64,000 nt of DNA from Bdellovibrionota bacterium (GCA_044345405.1 JBIJBE010000005.1:60701-124700); one strand, 5' to 3'; counted from the first letter of the stretch, positions 21,509-34,014 are shown. A program made the numbers and translations. Notes: generated by a model from the letters alone, not told the origin.

Positions 21509-22126
21509 CTACCCCGCCACCACCATAATCCCCACCTGCACTAATCCCACCAAGAATCCCAGCACTCCGCCGAGAACCTCAATCGTTCGCAACTCGCGCG
21601 CGGAGATCTCGTAAATTAGGGACTCAAGCTTTGAGAGATCGAACCCCTCGATCTTGCGGGCGACGATCTCGCTCACATCAAGTCGGTGCTCAACACGGGT
21701 CACAACCCGCTCCATGAATTCCGGAAAACGCTCCGCCATCTGTCCGGCGAGGGTTTGTTTTATCTGATCGAGAAGCGGCCCCTGAAGAAACATTCCAACC
21801 ATCGGGTTCTGAGATCCGATCTTCTGCGCGAAGGCGTCTATCTGCTCAGACATAAAGGCGGTCGCCTCCTCCGCGGTCTCAGATCCACTAAGCGCCGCGT
21901 GGATATCCGCCTGAGAGAAAAGGTCTCGCTCAATCATTGAACCGAGACTCGCGGCGATCTCCTTTTGTCGTCGAGGTACCAAACCTTGAAAGGTGATACC
22001 CAAAAACCGCGCGGGCTTATGGGGACGAAACAACATTCGAACCGCGATGTAGTTGGTGATGTACCCGATAAGGGCAGCGATTACCGGAACTGAGAGTAAG
22101 GCCCAGAGGGAATAGTGAGATGTCAT
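21509..22126 (-). CDS. DUF445 family membrane protein
   Basis: IGYITNYIAVRMLFRP...QGLVPRR; C-terminal EL..IE.LGGVLG.LVG. Confidence 0.85.
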   Translation of the reverse strand: MTSHYSLWALLSVPVIAALIGYITNYIAVRMLFRPHKPARFLGITFQGLVPRRQKEIAASLGSMIERDLFSQADIHAALSGSETAEEATAFMSEQIDAFAQKIGSQNPMVGMFLQGPLLDQIKQTLAGQMAERFPEFMERVVTRVEHRLDVSEIVARKIEGFDLSKLESLIYEISARELRTIEVLGGVLGFLVGLVQVGIMVVAG

Positions 22127-22182
22127 GGGGAAATTTTTTGGGGAAGAGTTCTATCCTGTATCGACCTCCTGGCTAGGAGGCC

Positions 22183-22221
22183 CCTAGTCGGCATCGCGGA
22201 TAGAAAGCGATGCCGACTAGG
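22183..22221 (-). terminator. Hairpin downstream of ssb
   Basis: Perfect 15-bp stem CCTAGTCGGCATCGC / GCGATGCCGACTAGG; no U-tract. Confidence 0.55.
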
Positions 22222-22236
22222 AACGAACCAATCGAC

Positions 22237-22728
22237 TTAGAACGGAATATCGTCATCGTCGAAGGTAACCGGCTCATCACGAACCGCTGGGGAACGTCCA
22301 CCGTTAGCGGCCTTCGGAAGAGCGTCCGCTGTCGGAATGCCCGCGAGGACGTTGTTGTTAGCCGCCTCACCGCCGAAATCCATGTCAGCGCCTTCGCCCT
22401 TCGCTCCACCAACGAACTGAACGGTGTCAGCGAGGATCTCGGTCGTATACCGATCCTTACCTTCCTTGTCTTGCCACTTACGTGTGCGGATACGTCCCTC
22501 GATGAAAGCCTGACGGCCCTTCTTCAAGAAACGAGCGCAGTTCTCAGCGGTCTTGCCGAACACAACGATGTTGTGCCACTCGGTGTGATCAACCCACTGA
22601 CCGTTCGTGTCCTTCTTACGCTCACCCGTAGCGAGTGAAAACTGACAGATCGCCATCTGTTGAGGGGTGTAGCGAACCTCCGGATCCTTTCCGAGGTTGC
22701 CAAGTAACATGACCTTATTGATACCCAT
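22237..22728 (-). CDS. ssb: Single-stranded DNA-binding protein
   Basis: NKVMLLGNLGKDPE, TEWH, acidic tail DDDIPF. Confidence 0.97.
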   Translation of the reverse strand: MGINKVMLLGNLGKDPEVRYTPQQMAICQFSLATGERKKDTNGQWVDHTEWHNIVVFGKTAENCARFLKKGRQAFIEGRIRTRKWQDKEGKDRYTTEILADTVQFVGGAKGEGADMDFGGEAANNNVLAGIPTADALPKAANGGRSPAVRDEPVTFDDDDIPF

Positions 22729-22949
22729 ACTGAAGCTCCAAAATTAGACACGGAGTTATCGGAGACACACCCTCAAGGGTTGCGTTGACACGCGGTTATA
22801 ACTCACTTTTGTTCAGGTTCAAAGAGTTGAGTGCGACCCGCCACAACTTTCAAAACCCCAACCAAACTGATGGGTTACCCCTCTTTTTTCGACCCACACG
22901 GGCGCCTTGAGTTGAGAAGTTCACCCACTCAGGTACACTACCCTTCATC

Positions 22950-23498
22950 ATGAGAATTTGCACGACCACTATCCCCTTTTCAGGGATGAAAATTGAGGCC
23001 GACCTTCCGCTCGAAGCGCTTAACGCTCGCCTCGCCGAGGGTTCTGAGAAGCAGGAGTTCACCTTTGAAGCCGCTCCTATGGTTGACCTGACCCTCACCC
23101 GTACCCACGGCGGTATCTTGGTGAAAGGGGTCGTATCCGGTCGATGCAGACAGGAATGCGCGACCTGCGCGGACCCCGTCCCTCATGAGATCGTTTCCAC
23201 GATCGATTGGCTCCTTCAAACCGAGAGCGACCGAGCTGGACCCGAGGATGAGCTCGACGATCCCGGAGTGATCGTCTACGAAGGCGATCACGTTGAACTT
23301 GAAGAGCCCCTTCAAGAGGCGCTCATCCTGAACATCAATCCGTTCTGGCACCCGGAGCGTGACCCTCACGAAAAGTGCACCTACTGTAAGCGTGATTGCA
23401 AGGCGCGCGTCTGGGGAGAGGAGAAGAAAGAGGGTGAGCAGAAGAGCTCGACCTTCGGCTCCTTACTCAAAGGGGCGCTCAACGCGGCGAAGAAGTAG
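22950..23498 (+). CDS. yceD: YceD/DUF177 family protein
   Basis: CATC zinc knuckle, L...LQEALIL..P, second CTYC. Confidence 0.75.
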   Translation: MRICTTTIPFSGMKIEADLPLEALNARLAEGSEKQEFTFEAAPMVDLTLTRTHGGILVKGVVSGRCRQECATCADPVPHEIVSTIDWLLQTESDRAGPEDELDDPGVIVYEGDHVELEEPLQEALILNINPFWHPERDPHEKCTYCKRDCKARVWGEEKKEGEQKSSTFGSLLKGALNAAKK

Positions 23499-24489
23499 CG
23501 AGCGCTTTCACCTCTCGCTGAAGGTCCTTTCGATCCCAACCGTACTGTTTGTTGAGCGCCTCATAGAAAGGGATCTGCTCACGAACCATGGTCTCGTACA
23601 CGCTCATGAGACCGGATATCCCTTTTCGTTCAACGAGCGCTTCGAACTCGAGTGAGGCGAGTGCGTAGTCTTCGCCACTTCCATCAAAAGCTGATGTTCC
23701 GACATTTTCCTGCGAGCGAATAAGAGAACGATACCGCTCCTGTACGCTTCCTTTTGGAACGGTGGAGGCAAACCTGGAGCTATACCCTTCAAACCACGCG
23801 GCGAATCCCTCCGCGCGCTTTCTATCGTTCCCACCCGCCCCATCGAGCAAGGCGAACTCAAGCACGTGCCCCATCTCATGCAGGAGAACCTGCGTAAGGA
23901 GCGCGTCAACGTCACCACTCGCGTCACAATGTGGGGAGATGAAATCGACAACCATGTAGATCTGATTCGGCGGCACCATGAATCCGGGATGACCACCAAG
24001 GCTCAACGCCATTGGGAATTGAGAAACAGCGCTCGCGCGATCAATAAAGACCAACGACCAATCGCGACGCTCACGCGCGATACTTTCATCGAAACGAGCG
24101 GTTCGGAGCGCTCGATTAACGGCGGTCGCGGCCTCGGAGATCGCTCGGCTCGGACTTCGTCCGAAGCACTTCTCAACGGAGCGCTGCCATCGAACATCCA
24201 TCGTACCCAAGGGCGTGCTGAACGAAGCGCTTCGGGTAGCACCACGAAGCTCTACATCCTCGGCTTTCGGTATCGTTCGTGGCTCCGACGTTCGGCACGC
24301 GGCCTTCGATCGAAACCGTGACGGTACGTCCTTGAGCGCGGGAGCGCTGAGGATGTTCCCTTGCTCATCAGCATAGACGCACGATTCCTGGGCTTGCAGG
24401 GACGCTGAATGCAGAACGACGGCACCCACGATCGCCGCCCCAGCGATACGATAGAGAGAACTGACACACCACTCGGCGGCGATAGTCAT
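23479..24489 (-). CDS. Exported zinc metallopeptidase-like protein (gluzincin/MA clan)
   Basis: LHEMGH (HExxH) with downstream AEGFA; signal-like segment; ATG 24489 lies just past the lon stop. Confidence 0.6.
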   Translation of the reverse strand: MTIAAEWCVSSLYRIAGAAIVGAVVLHSASLQAQESCVYADEQGNILSAPALKDVPSRFRSKAACRTSEPRTIPKAEDVELRGATRSASFSTPLGTMDVRWQRSVEKCFGRSPSRAISEAATAVNRALRTARFDESIARERRDWSLVFIDRASAVSQFPMALSLGGHPGFMVPPNQIYMVVDFISPHCDASGDVDALLTQVLLHEMGHVLEFALLDGAGGNDRKRAEGFAAWFEGYSSRFASTVPKGSVQERYRSLIRSQENVGTSAFDGSGEDYALASLEFEALVERKGISGLMSVYETMVREQIPFYEALNKQYGWDRKDLQREVKALATSSPR

Positions 24490-24493
24490 GAGA

Positions 24494-26929
24494 CTAGAGA
24501 GAGAATTCTCTCCGCTTCGCCTTCTTACGGGGGGGTAGCGACTTTTTGCCACGTCCAAGGAGCGCGAGCGCGAGCACCTCACTCACGTGTTTCACCGGCA
24601 CGAATTGGATCTGCTTCCGCTGCTCCTCCGGGATCTCCTCGAGGTCCTTGATGTTCTCGTAGGGAATGATCACCTTGGTGATGCCGTGCTGAAGGGCGGC
24701 GAGCGCCTTCTCACGTAAACCACCAACCGCTAGAACGTTTCCACGGAGGGTCATCTCACCCGTCATCGCGATATCCTTCGATACCTTGCGACCTGAAAGC
24801 GCCGATACGAGCGCGGTCGCGATCGTGATACCAGCTGAGGGTCCATCCTTAGGGATAGCTCCACTTGGAACGTGAATATGGATGTCATACTTCGAGTGGA
24901 AATCACTCTCTAATCCAAGCACCGACGCGTTCGCTCGGGCGTAGAAGAGCGCGGCCTGCGCCGACTCCTGCATCACACTACCGAGTTGTCCGGTTAGGGT
25001 GAGTGATCCACCACCCTTCGCCAGCGATACCTCGATCGGCATCACCTCTCCACCAAGCGCCGTCCACGCTAAACCTCGAACGAGCCCCACAGCCTCTGAA
25101 TGCTCAGCGACCTCAGGATCGTACTTCGTGGGTCCAAGGAGCGTGGCGACACGTTTCTCATCAATAACGCGAACAAACTTCTTCTTCTCAGCGACATCTC
25201 GCGCGAGCTTGCGGCACAAGGCGCCGATCTCTCGCTCAAGGGAACGAACTCCAGCCTCACGCGTATATCGTTCAATAACAAGCTGAATCGCTCCTTCAGT
25301 GAATTGAACCTTGTGGCTTCCGAGCCCAGCCTCTTTGAGTTGGCGAGGCACGATATACTTGGTCGCGATCTTCTGTTTCTCCGCGGCGGTATACCCGGGG
25401 ATAGAGAGGATCTCCAAACGGTCCATGAGAGGCTCAGGGATAGTGTCCATCGTATTCGCCGTAGCGATGAAGAGGACATCCGAGAGATCAAACGGCACAT
25501 TCAGGTAGTGATCGAGGAAGTCGATATTCTGATGAGGATCTAAGACCTCAAGAAGCGCGGACGCTGGGTCACCTCTAAAGTCAGCGCCAACTTTATCGAG
25601 CTCATCCAAGACGAAAACTGGATTACGCGTCGCGCACTGCTTCAACCCCTGCAGGATTCGTCCTGGGAGAGCGCCGACATAGGTTCGACGGTGTCCACGA
25701 ATCTCGGCCTCATCACGCATACCGCCCAGCGACATGCGATTGAAGGTACGCCCAAGGGCGCGCGCGATAGACTTACCGAGGGAGGTCTTACCAACGCCGG
25801 GAGGTCCAACGAAGCAGAGGATCGGGCCCTTTGAATCTGGATTCAGCGCGCGAACGCTCAGGTACTCAAGGATTCGGTCCTTAACCTTATCGAGACCGAA
25901 ATGATCCTCGTCGAGGATCTGCTTGGCTTTCTTAAGGTCAAGCTTGTCGGTGGACTTCGTGTGCCACGGGAGATCGGTCATCCACTCAAGGTAGGTGCGA
26001 AGGAGCGCGTACTCGCTTGATTCCGGACTCATCCGCTCAAGTCTCTTGAGCTGCTTGAACGCCTCATCGTGCGCCTGTTTCGGCAACTTGAGCGCTACTA
26101 ATCGCTCACGAACGGCTTGAAGATCCTCCGATCCCGTATCCGTATCGCCGAGTTCACGTTGAATCTGCTTAATCTGCTCGCGAAGGTAGTACTCGCGCTG
26201 CCCCTTCGTCATCTCATCGCGAGCTTTGTCCTTAATCTTCTCAGCCAAGATGAACTTGTTAAGATCGTCGCTGATGGTCTTGTCGGTGAGGCGCAATCTC
26301 TTCACCGGATCCAACTCCTCGAGAGCGGCCTGCGCGTACGGAATCTCGACCTTGTAGTGCGCCAAGATAACATCCGATAGGGTTCCCGGATCTTGGATCT
26401 CCTCGGTGATGATGAGCATCTCCTCAGGCAAGTGCTCATACTCAACGAGCACCTGAAGGTTCTCACGAATTCGATTGATGATCGCTTGATTCTCGGCGGA
26501 CACTCGCTTCGCTGGCGTCGATGGGAGTGGCTCGATCCTGCACGAGAGAAACTTCTTTCCTTCATACTTCTTCGCGCGGGCACGAACGAGTCCCTGCAGG
26601 AGCACCTTCATTCGTCCATCGGGAACTTGCAACGTGCGAACGATGTGCGCGACAACGCCCATCTGGTAGAGATCTCGCCCTTTGGGTTCCTCAACCTCCG
26701 GATTCTTTTGGGTAACCACGAACGCGAGTCGCTCCTCACCCATCGCGGCCTCAACAGCGCGCATACTCTCGGGGCGACTGAGGTAGAGCGACATCATCAC
26801 CCCAGGAAAAGCGACCATGTCCTTGGCGGCGAGCACCGGGAGGACGTTCGGCACCAGTACCGGCTCAAGAGCCCCCGCGGTGGAATCCGACGATCTCTTC
26901 TTGCTCTTTGACGACTTTCTCTGTGCCAT
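24494..26929 (-). CDS. lon: ATP-dependent Lon protease
   Basis: GPPGVGKTS Walker [27 protein letters not shown] catalytic Ser. Confidence 0.98.
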   Translation of the reverse strand: MAQRKSSKSKKRSSDSTAGALEPVLVPNVLPVLAAKDMVAFPGVMMSLYLSRPESMRAVEAAMGEERLAFVVTQKNPEVEEPKGRDLYQMGVVAHIVRTLQVPDGRMKVLLQGLVRARAKKYEGKKFLSCRIEPLPSTPAKRVSAENQAIINRIRENLQVLVEYEHLPEEMLIITEEIQDPGTLSDVILAHYKVEIPYAQAALEELDPVKRLRLTDKTISDDLNKFILAEKIKDKARDEMTKGQREYYLREQIKQIQRELGDTDTGSEDLQAVRERLVALKLPKQAHDEAFKQLKRLERMSPESSEYALLRTYLEWMTDLPWHTKSTDKLDLKKAKQILDEDHFGLDKVKDRILEYLSVRALNPDSKGPILCFVGPPGVGKTSLGKSIARALGRTFNRMSLGGMRDEAEIRGHRRTYVGALPGRILQGLKQCATRNPVFVLDELDKVGADFRGDPASALLEVLDPHQNIDFLDHYLNVPFDLSDVLFIATANTMDTIPEPLMDRLEILSIPGYTAAEKQKIATKYIVPRQLKEAGLGSHKVQFTEGAIQLVIERYTREAGVRSLEREIGALCRKLARDVAEKKKFVRVIDEKRVATLLGPTKYDPEVAEHSEAVGLVRGLAWTALGGEVMPIEVSLAKGGGSLTLTGQLGSVMQESAQAALFYARANASVLGLESDFHSKYDIHIHVPSGAIPKDGPSAGITIATALVSALSGRKVSKDIAMTGEMTLRGNVLAVGGLREKALAALQHGITKVIIPYENIKDLEEIPEEQRKQIQFVPVKHVSEVLALALLGRGKKSLPPRKKAKRREFSL

Positions 26930-27270
26930 ATCTTCCCTGGATCGACCTTCTCAAACGACCGTTCTAAAAGCCGTTTTGCAACCCGGCGATTCAGTCCCTC
27001 TCTGGGCCCAAAACAACCAAGTATATTCAATAGGATATGCCAGCCAACCAACATCGTCCGTTGCACCGACAAACGTAGCTCGCTTTCGACGCACTACGTC
27101 TCTACCCCGTTGGATGACTATAGCCCCGGTATCGATGTTGGAAACAGGGGGAATAAGAAGGGATTACGGCGACCGACCTGGCACCTTACCGGAACGACAT
27201 GTAATCCGGCGAGCCGGAACCGGGTCGGCGCCCACACTCACTCGGGAGGACTAGCACGAGGACGAGTATC

Positions 27271-28074
27271 TTACTTGCCGCACTTCACCAAGGGACTTCC
27301 AGACGCACCGATCGATCGCTGCCTAGACACGCCGCGATACATTTCACAGATAGTAGAGGCCATATCGGAGCACGGCCGTAAGGTGAGACACCCTCCGGGA
27401 AGAGATCCAACCGCGAATCCAGGAACGGAGCCTCGCGCAAAACCTTCCCAGAGGTAGTTATAGCCATCATTGACACACGCATGCAGCGCTGCGGCGATCA
27501 CTTGATCTCTCGGGTCAGCAAAAACGAGTCCCCTCTCTACGAGTATCTCCAACTGCCCACCGCGCGACTTCCCCAGTGAATCCTTTACAACTCCCTCAAT
27601 GGTGACCCATCGATCCTTGGAGTAGTCCCGTTGCGTTAACTGTTGGGGGAAAAGTTCAGGGAGCGCCTCACACCACGCAATGAGCTTGGGGTCTATGGCG
27701 TCTCTCCCAAATCTGGGAAAGGCGATCCTAAAGTACCGATTGAGCACCCTCATCGCCAAACCATCGGATATCCCAGCCGGTAATTTGAAGGTCGAGAAAC
27801 CTGTCTCTTGTTTGAAACAATACGAACCTCCCAGCTGTTCCGCTACCTGGAAGGGACTTTTGCGCTGTATCACTCCGGCGTTGCCAGTACCCCTATCAGC
27901 ACGAATATCGGGCACCTTTGGCAAGGACAGCTCTGAATGCGCGTCGGGCCCCGAAATTCTCGCGGCGTCCACCATCGCCACCATCTTTCTGGCGAGCTGT
28001 GAATCCTTGTCCAACGCTTCAATAACACGCTCCCGCTGCAAGATCGTAATCCCCTCATTCATTCCAGTATTCAT
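27271..28074 (-). CDS. Hypothetical protein
   Basis: 267-codon ORF filling an otherwise empty interval; no family recognised. Confidence 0.6.
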   Translation of the reverse strand: MNTGMNEGITILQRERVIEALDKDSQLARKMVAMVDAARISGPDAHSELSLPKVPDIRADRGTGNAGVIQRKSPFQVAEQLGGSYCFKQETGFSTFKLPAGISDGLAMRVLNRYFRIAFPRFGRDAIDPKLIAWCEALPELFPQQLTQRDYSKDRWVTIEGVVKDSLGKSRGGQLEILVERGLVFADPRDQVIAAALHACVNDGYNYLWEGFARGSVPGFAVGSLPGGCLTLRPCSDMASTICEMYRGVSRQRSIGASGSPLVKCGK

Positions 28075-28513
28075 CTTTCAATTCTTTAAAAAATCTCCCC
28101 GTTATCACAGCTCTCATAGTTCGAGGCATCCTCGGTGACACATAGGAGCGCTATCGAGCGACAAGAACCTCTTTCGCTCGAGCTTTTCCCTCTCGTTGAT
28201 ATCTCTATGTTCGTACCCTTCCGCTCTCGACGGGGAAGGCGCCCAATAGTGTGACAGAGACTGCGATTTTTTTCCTGTTAGGACACAGCTACCCTTTTCG
28301 TTAAACACGCCTAAGATACTGGAATACAGGGCTGTTGGCACTGAGCCACACAGGCAACTATCGGAAACCAGGCAAAAATTGACGCACAGAACTTTTTTTC
28401 GCACGATTCTACTTTACGTAGAGTTACGTCGGTCCAACGGTGCGCATGTTAGATGAAGCCTGGTCCAAGAACTCCAAGGGCCCATGACGAACCCGTCGAG
28501 GGAACGGAGCCGA

Positions 28514-30439
28514 TTAATACCCACTCTCCACCCGCTCCTCCTCCTTGAGGAACGATGGACCGGTACGCACCGGTTCCGCTGAACCGTTCGTCGCCGCTGG
28601 TGGCGCGGCGTTGACACCGCCAGTGCCGGGGAAGTGCTCGAGGAATCCGCTCTTGGAAACTTCAACAACGTAGAACGAACGACGGATCTCACCACCTGGC
28701 GCCATCTCGATCAAACCGGTCACACCCTCGTAGCGAGGAAGTGAGGCGAGCGCCTCGGGGAAGCTCTTTCGTTCACGCGCCGCTTTGTGGATCGCTGATA
28801 CCACAAGGGTTCCGGCGTCGAAGCCTTGAGCTGCGAGGAAGTTCGGCGCGACCTTGAACTTACCTCTGTAGGATTCGTTAAACTGCTGAACAACCGGACG
28901 CGAACTCTGCGGGAAGAATGGAGTCACGAAGATAGCGGACTCAAAGAGCGCCTGGGAGTTCGCTATCTTGCTCGGATTATCCCACAGCGCGGTTCCAAGT
29001 GGTCGCATCGTCTTGCGAGTGGTCGGACTCACGTTCGAGAGCAGCTTAACGCTCATTTCGATAGAATCGGGGATAAGAACCGCTTGCGCGCCCGCGCTAT
29101 CGAGCCGTTGCGCCACCTCAAGCATCGAGGCCTCATCTGAACTCACATACGGAGCCTCAAGCACCGGCGTCAAACCGTAACTCGCGAGGCGTTTCTTAAA
29201 GACGTTCAACACCTCGTTCCCGTTCGCGCTCTCTGGATACGCGATGGCGAACTGCGTGATGGCGTAATCTTTATGAGCGGCGGTCACAAGCGCGTCCATC
29301 TGTGATGTCGTTGTCGCGCCGAGACGGGTGATTCCGTTTCCGGTGGGGAAGGTCTCACTCTTCGAGAAGGAGAGGAGCGGTGTTCGAAGCTCGCGAGCCG
29401 TATCAGCGGCTGCTACCGAAACATCCGTAAGAAGAGGCCCAACGATAACAGCAGGGCTTGAGGTCGCGACAAGCTCTCGTACCGCGGCGGACGCGGCCGC
29501 CGAATCAGAGCCAACATCACGAACCTCCACTCGCGCTCGCGGAGTCTCTCGATCGGCCTCCACAGCGAGATCGAACCCCTGTCGGGTATCTCGACCGAGT
29601 GAGCCGAACTTGTCTGAGAGACTTAAGATAACACCAACCACCGCGGGCTGTCCGTTACCCATAACTCCGGTCGGAAGATCGGTGGCGACGAGGCTTTGCG
29701 CGCCACCTTCCCAGAATGGCCGGCGAAGGTCGGTGTACTCCCGATATCCCGGAGAGGAGCGTCGAAGTCGCTCACGACCAACCAACTCGTTGATGAAGGG
29801 ATCGCTGCTCCAATCAAGCGCGACCGTTTCGAAATCTTGTTGTGGGATCGTGCGAAGAAGCAGGTTCGCTCCGGTTTCGGAGGCCTGAATACCGGTGCGC
29901 TCACCCTGCTGTGCCTGTCGATTGGCTTTTGAGAACCACGCGAGCGATTGCTCAGTGTCTCCGTGACGACCATACGCGTACGCCAGCAAAAGAGAGAACG
30001 AGGTTGGAACGTCGGTCTCACTCAACCCACGAGATTTAAAGTACTGGCTAATCGTTGAGAGGGCGCGAGCGGACTCATCGAGCGCCAAATACTGGCTCGC
30101 GGTGCGAAGCGCCGCGGCTTCAGCCTCCCCGTCAGAGAGCTTAGTCTTTTGCGCTTGAAGATACGCCTCAAGGGCGGATCGTCGCTTTCCTTTGCGAAGC
30201 ATCTCATCGCCAAGCAACAACGAGCCGTTGGTCAGCTTCGTACCGCTGGCATCGTAAAATGGTCGCCAGATCTCCCACGGCAGCGGCTCTGACGGAGAAG
30301 TTGCTGAGATATCCTGCCCTTTTTTTGAAGCGGGGCGTCGCGGACGAGCACCATCATCGACGGAGCAACCCACGACGGATACCAGCAGTCCGGAAAGGAT
30401 CAGAGCGCGAACAGTTTGTCGGACCATAGCGGGAGTCAT
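28514..30439 (-). CDS. LpoA-like lipoprotein (TPR-like region plus periplasmic-binding-protein fold), penicillin-binding protein activator family
   Basis: Lipobox VVGC; ILSLSDKFGSLG...G, IVGPL, AAQGFDAG, YEGVTG. Confidence 0.75.
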   Translation of the reverse strand: MTPAMVRQTVRALILSGLLVSVVGCSVDDGARPRRPASKKGQDISATSPSEPLPWEIWRPFYDASGTKLTNGSLLLGDEMLRKGKRRSALEAYLQAQKTKLSDGEAEAAALRTASQYLALDESARALSTISQYFKSRGLSETDVPTSFSLLLAYAYGRHGDTEQSLAWFSKANRQAQQGERTGIQASETGANLLLRTIPQQDFETVALDWSSDPFINELVGRERLRRSSPGYREYTDLRRPFWEGGAQSLVATDLPTGVMGNGQPAVVGVILSLSDKFGSLGRDTRQGFDLAVEADRETPRARVEVRDVGSDSAAASAAVRELVATSSPAVIVGPLLTDVSVAAADTARELRTPLLSFSKSETFPTGNGITRLGATTTSQMDALVTAAHKDYAITQFAIAYPESANGNEVLNVFKKRLASYGLTPVLEAPYVSSDEASMLEVAQRLDSAGAQAVLIPDSIEMSVKLLSNVSPTTRKTMRPLGTALWDNPSKIANSQALFESAIFVTPFFPQSSRPVVQQFNESYRGKFKVAPNFLAAQGFDAGTLVVSAIHKAARERKSFPEALASLPRYEGVTGLIEMAPGGEIRRSFYVVEVSKSGFLEHFPGTGGVNAAPPAATNGSAEPVRTGPSFLKEEERVESGY

Positions 30440-30595
30440 CGATTAGTCTGGTAGCAGTTGCCTCACTATAATAGGCCGCAACCGAGCTAGCCAACGGTGA
30501 TTTTCATGGGGCTACGCCATGAGCTGCTCTAATGGGCTTAGAGCCGATTCAAAAGGTGTTCGTGAAGAGTCTTTAGGCTTATGTGAGAAGTCCTC

Positions 30596-31735
30596 TTACG
30601 AGAACATATCCTTAACCTTGTCGAAGAACCCCTTATCGGAGCCATCATCGACAACGGTTCCTTGAAGGGTGGCGAGCTTCTCAAGGAGTTCGCGCTCCTC
30701 TTCGGATATCTTCTTGGGAACATGGACGTACACACGCACATGTTGGTCCCCTCGGCGTTGCGGATTACTGCCGAGAACAGGAATACCTTTGTTCTTAATG
30801 CGGAAGACCTTACCCGATGGAGTTCCTGCTGGAATCTTTAACTTCAGCTTACCATCGAGCGATGGAACCTCGATCTCAGTTCCAAGCGCGGCAGCCGCAT
30901 ACGTGATAGGAACCTCGCAGATAACTTCCTGGTCTTGGCGTTGGAACACCGGATGCTCCTCAATGTGCACCTGCACGTAGAGGTCACCGCTCGGACCACC
31001 GCCCATTCCCCCCTCACCCTCGCCCCGCATCTTGAGGCGTTGGCCGTGATCGACACCGGCGGGAACTTTAACTTTAATCGTTGACTCTTTGACGCGAAGA
31101 CCTGAGCCGGAGCAATCACCACACGGGTTCTTCACTACCTCGCCCGCGCCACCACAGGCGTGACATGTTCGCGCGAGGGTAAAGAAACCTTGCTGAACTC
31201 GGATCTGGCCCGCACCCTCACATTGAGGACATCGCTCACGAGAGGAACCCTTGGCGGCGCCGGATCCCACGCACGTATCGCACGTTGAACGACGACCGAT
31301 CGTGATCTCTTTTTCACAACCGAACGCGGCCTCTTCAAAGGTGAGATCGAGATCGTAGCGAAGGTCGTTACCGGCACGGCCACGACCACGACGGGGATCT
31401 CCGCCCATACCACCCATGCCGCCACCAAAGAAGGAGCTGAAGATATCACCGAAAATATCCTCGAAGCCCGAGAAGTCTCCACCTTGGAAACCACCCGCGC
31501 CACCACCCTGCTGGAACGCCGCGTGACCGAAGCGATCGTACCGCGCGCGATTCTCAGCGTCGCTCAACACTGAGTACGCCTCAGTCGCCTCTTTAAATTT
31601 ATCTTCCGCTTCTTTGTTGCCTGGATTCTTGTCGGGGTGAAATTGAACAGCCTTTTTACGATAGGCTTTCTTGACGTCCTCAAGAGACGCGCCTTTGGAG
31701 ACCCCTAATACTTCGTAGTAATCACGCTTTGACAC
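30596..31735 (-). CDS. dnaJ: Chaperone DnaJ
   Basis: J-domain HPD, G/F region, four CxxCxGxG repeats. Confidence 0.98.
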   Translation of the reverse strand: MSKRDYYEVLGVSKGASLEDVKKAYRKKAVQFHPDKNPGNKEAEDKFKEATEAYSVLSDAENRARYDRFGHAAFQQGGGAGGFQGGDFSGFEDIFGDIFSSFFGGGMGGMGGDPRRGRGRAGNDLRYDLDLTFEEAAFGCEKEITIGRRSTCDTCVGSGAAKGSSRERCPQCEGAGQIRVQQGFFTLARTCHACGGAGEVVKNPCGDCSGSGLRVKESTIKVKVPAGVDHGQRLKMRGEGEGGMGGGPSGDLYVQVHIEEHPVFQRQDQEVICEVPITYAAAALGTEIEVPSLDGKLKLKIPAGTPSGKVFRIKNKGIPVLGSNPQRRGDQHVRVYVHVPKKISEEERELLEKLATLQGTVVDDGSDKGFFDKVKDMFS

Positions 31736-31855
31736 GGCCGCACCTTACACTAAAAACATCCTTGGTGTCTGCACTTGGGTGGGTGAATTTCGGCCATTTC
31801 TAAGCCCCCTAAGCGGGTATCCCTTTGACGGAAAAGGCTAAAACCCCAACCTCAC

Positions 31856-31937
31856 ACGTAAACGTGCTCGTGCTCGTAAACGTACCCCAAAACAAAAGCC
31901 GCAACACGATCGGGAGCGTTCACGAGCACGTTCACGT
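31856..31937. repeat. Hexamer-period (ACGTTY/ACGAGC) simple repeats forming an inverted repeat
   Basis: ACGTAAACGTGCTCGTG (31856-31872) and CACGAGCACGTTCACGT (31921-31937) are complementary at 16 of 17 positions; related tract at 36220-36246. Confidence 0.7.
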
Positions 31938-31977
31938 CGTAAGCAGACTAACAGCACGTTACACACTGAACTCACAA

Positions 31978-32024
31978 CGAAAAGCCCCCGAACTAACCCT
32001 CAAAACAGGTCAGCCCGGGGGCTC
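31978..32024 (-). terminator. Rho-independent terminator after dnaK
   Basis: Minus-strand stem GCCCCCGGGCTGACC / GGTTAGTTCGGGGGC (with G-U pairs) followed by TTTT. Confidence 0.7.
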
Positions 32025-32051
32025 TCTCCTTAAACCACGCCGGAGGCCGGT

Positions 32052-33974
32052 TTACTTGTTGTCGCGAACCTCTTCATAGTCCGCGTCAACAACGTCATCC
32101 TTAGGACCAGCGCCTGCGCCGTTCTGCGACTCAGCCGCTCCAGCTCCGTTCGCTGTAGCGCCTGCTGCCGCAGCTCGCTTATATGCCTCTTCGGAGAGCT
32201 TATGGCTCGCCTTCTCAAGGTTCTCGTACGCGCGCTTGATAGCGTCCTGCTCGTTGCTCTCAAGGGCCTTCTTCGCCTCCTCGAGCGCCGTATCAACGGT
32301 ACCCTTAAGCTCAGCGGTCGCCTTGTCACCAAGCTCCTTCAAGGTTGACTCGGTAGCGTAGACCATCGTGTCGAGCTTGTTACGCTCTTCGATGAGCTCG
32401 CGACGCTTACGGTCCTCTTCAGCGTGCTCCTTGGCATCCTGAACCATGCGCTCGATCTCCTCTTTCGAGAGACCGGAGCTCGCCGTGATCTTGATCGACT
32501 GCTCCTTGCCAGTACCGAGATCCTTCGCGGAAACCGATACGATACCGTTCGCGTCGATGTCGAAGGTTACCTCGATCTGAGGAACTCCTCGAGGCGCCGC
32601 TGGAATACCAACGAGCTCGAACCGCCCAAGGGTCTTGCTGTCTCCCGCCATCTCACGCTCTCCCTGCAGAACGTGGATCGATACCGCTGGCTGGTTGTCT
32701 GAAGCTGTCGAGAATACCTGCGACTTCCGCGTTGGAATCGTCGTATTCTTCTCGATGAGCTTGGTGTTCACACCACCGTAGGTCTCGATACCGAGACTGA
32801 GCGGCGTAACGTCGAGAAGGAGAACATCCTTCACGTCACCCTGAAGAACTCCACCCTGAACCGACGCGCCGATAGCGACAGCCTCGTCTGGGTTTACGCT
32901 CTTCGACGCTTCCTTACCGAAGATCTCCTTCACACGCTGTTGAACAGCTGGCATACGGGTCATACCACCCACGAGGATAACCTCGCCGATATCGCTCGCG
33001 TTAAGGCCAGCGTCCTTAAGCGCCGTGCGGCATGGAGCCTCAAGACGTCGAAGAAGGTCGGCGCAAAGCTGCTCGAACTTAGCGCGGGTAATCTTCAAGT
33101 TAAGGTGCTTAGGACCGGACGCGTCAGCCGTAATGAACGGAAGATTGATGTCGGTCTCCATTGAGGAGGAGAGCTCGTGCTTCGCCTTCTCAGCAGCCTC
33201 TTTAAGACGTTGAAGCGCCATCGTGTCCTTACGGAGATCGATGCCCTGCTCCTTCTTGAATTGGTCAGCGATGTAATCAACGAGGATCAGATCGAAATCC
33301 TCTCCTCCGAGGAAGGTGTCACCGTTCGTCGACTTAACCTCGAATACGCCATCACCGAGCTCAAGGATCGATACGTCGAACGTACCTCCTCCGAGGTCGA
33401 ATACCGCTACGGTCTTCTCGTGCTTCTTATCGAGACCGTACGCGAGCGCTGCCGCTGTTGGCTCGTTGATGATACGAAGGACGTTAAGTCCCGCGATCTT
33501 TCCGGCGTCCTTGGTAGCCTGACGCTGCGCGTCATCGAAGTACGCTGGCACGGTGATTACCGCGTCAGTTACAGCCTCACCGAGGTAATCCTCAGCGGTC
33601 TGCTTCATCTTGGTGAGAATCATCGCGGAGATCTCTTGTGGGCTCTTCGCCTCACCCTTGAGCTTTACCCACGCGTCTTGATTTTGCGACGCGGCGATCT
33701 CGTACGGGAGAACTCCCTTAGCCTTCTCAACCTCAGGGGCGTTTACCTTGCGACCGATCAACCGCTTTACCGCGAAGATAGTGTTCTTAGGATTCGTGAC
33801 AGCTTGACGCTTCGCGATCTGCCCTACGAGGCGCTCTCCAGCGTCATTCACGCCCACAACAGATGGAGTTGTGCGGCTTCCCTCGCTGTTGGCGATAACG
33901 GTCGGCGTTCCACCTTCCATGACAGAAACGCACGAGTTGGTGGTTCCAAGGTCAATTCCAATTACTTTTCCCAT
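32052..33974 (-). CDS. dnaK: Chaperone DnaK (Hsp70)
   Basis: [30 protein letters not shown]. Confidence 0.99.
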   Translation of the reverse strand: MGKVIGIDLGTTNSCVSVMEGGTPTVIANSEGSRTTPSVVGVNDAGERLVGQIAKRQAVTNPKNTIFAVKRLIGRKVNAPEVEKAKGVLPYEIAASQNQDAWVKLKGEAKSPQEISAMILTKMKQTAEDYLGEAVTDAVITVPAYFDDAQRQATKDAGKIAGLNVLRIINEPTAAALAYGLDKKHEKTVAVFDLGGGTFDVSILELGDGVFEVKSTNGDTFLGGEDFDLILVDYIADQFKKEQGIDLRKDTMALQRLKEAAEKAKHELSSSMETDINLPFITADASGPKHLNLKITRAKFEQLCADLLRRLEAPCRTALKDAGLNASDIGEVILVGGMTRMPAVQQRVKEIFGKEASKSVNPDEAVAIGASVQGGVLQGDVKDVLLLDVTPLSLGIETYGGVNTKLIEKNTTIPTRKSQVFSTASDNQPAVSIHVLQGEREMAGDSKTLGRFELVGIPAAPRGVPQIEVTFDIDANGIVSVSAKDLGTGKEQSIKITASSGLSKEEIERMVQDAKEHAEEDRKRRELIEERNKLDTMVYATESTLKELGDKATAELKGTVDTALEEAKKALESNEQDAIKRAYENLEKASHKLSEEAYKRAAAAGATANGAGAAESQNGAGAGPKDDVVDADYEEVRDNK

Positions 33975-34014
33975 ATCGTGTAATACTCCTTCCTTAAAAT
34001 CTCTTTATCGTTAC

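Noticed and set aside
22950-23498. Missing rpmF after yceD as a novelty
   Set aside because: The linkage is broken in various lineages; nothing else here suggests significance.
27271-28074. Diversity-generating retroelement target
   Set aside because: The C-terminus vaguely recalls lectin-like variable regions, but I saw no template repeat or reverse transcriptase in the window.
33177-33983. 268-aa ORF antisense to dnaK
   Set aside because: Long antisense frames opposite dnaK are a well-known by-product of codon bias; no independent motif.
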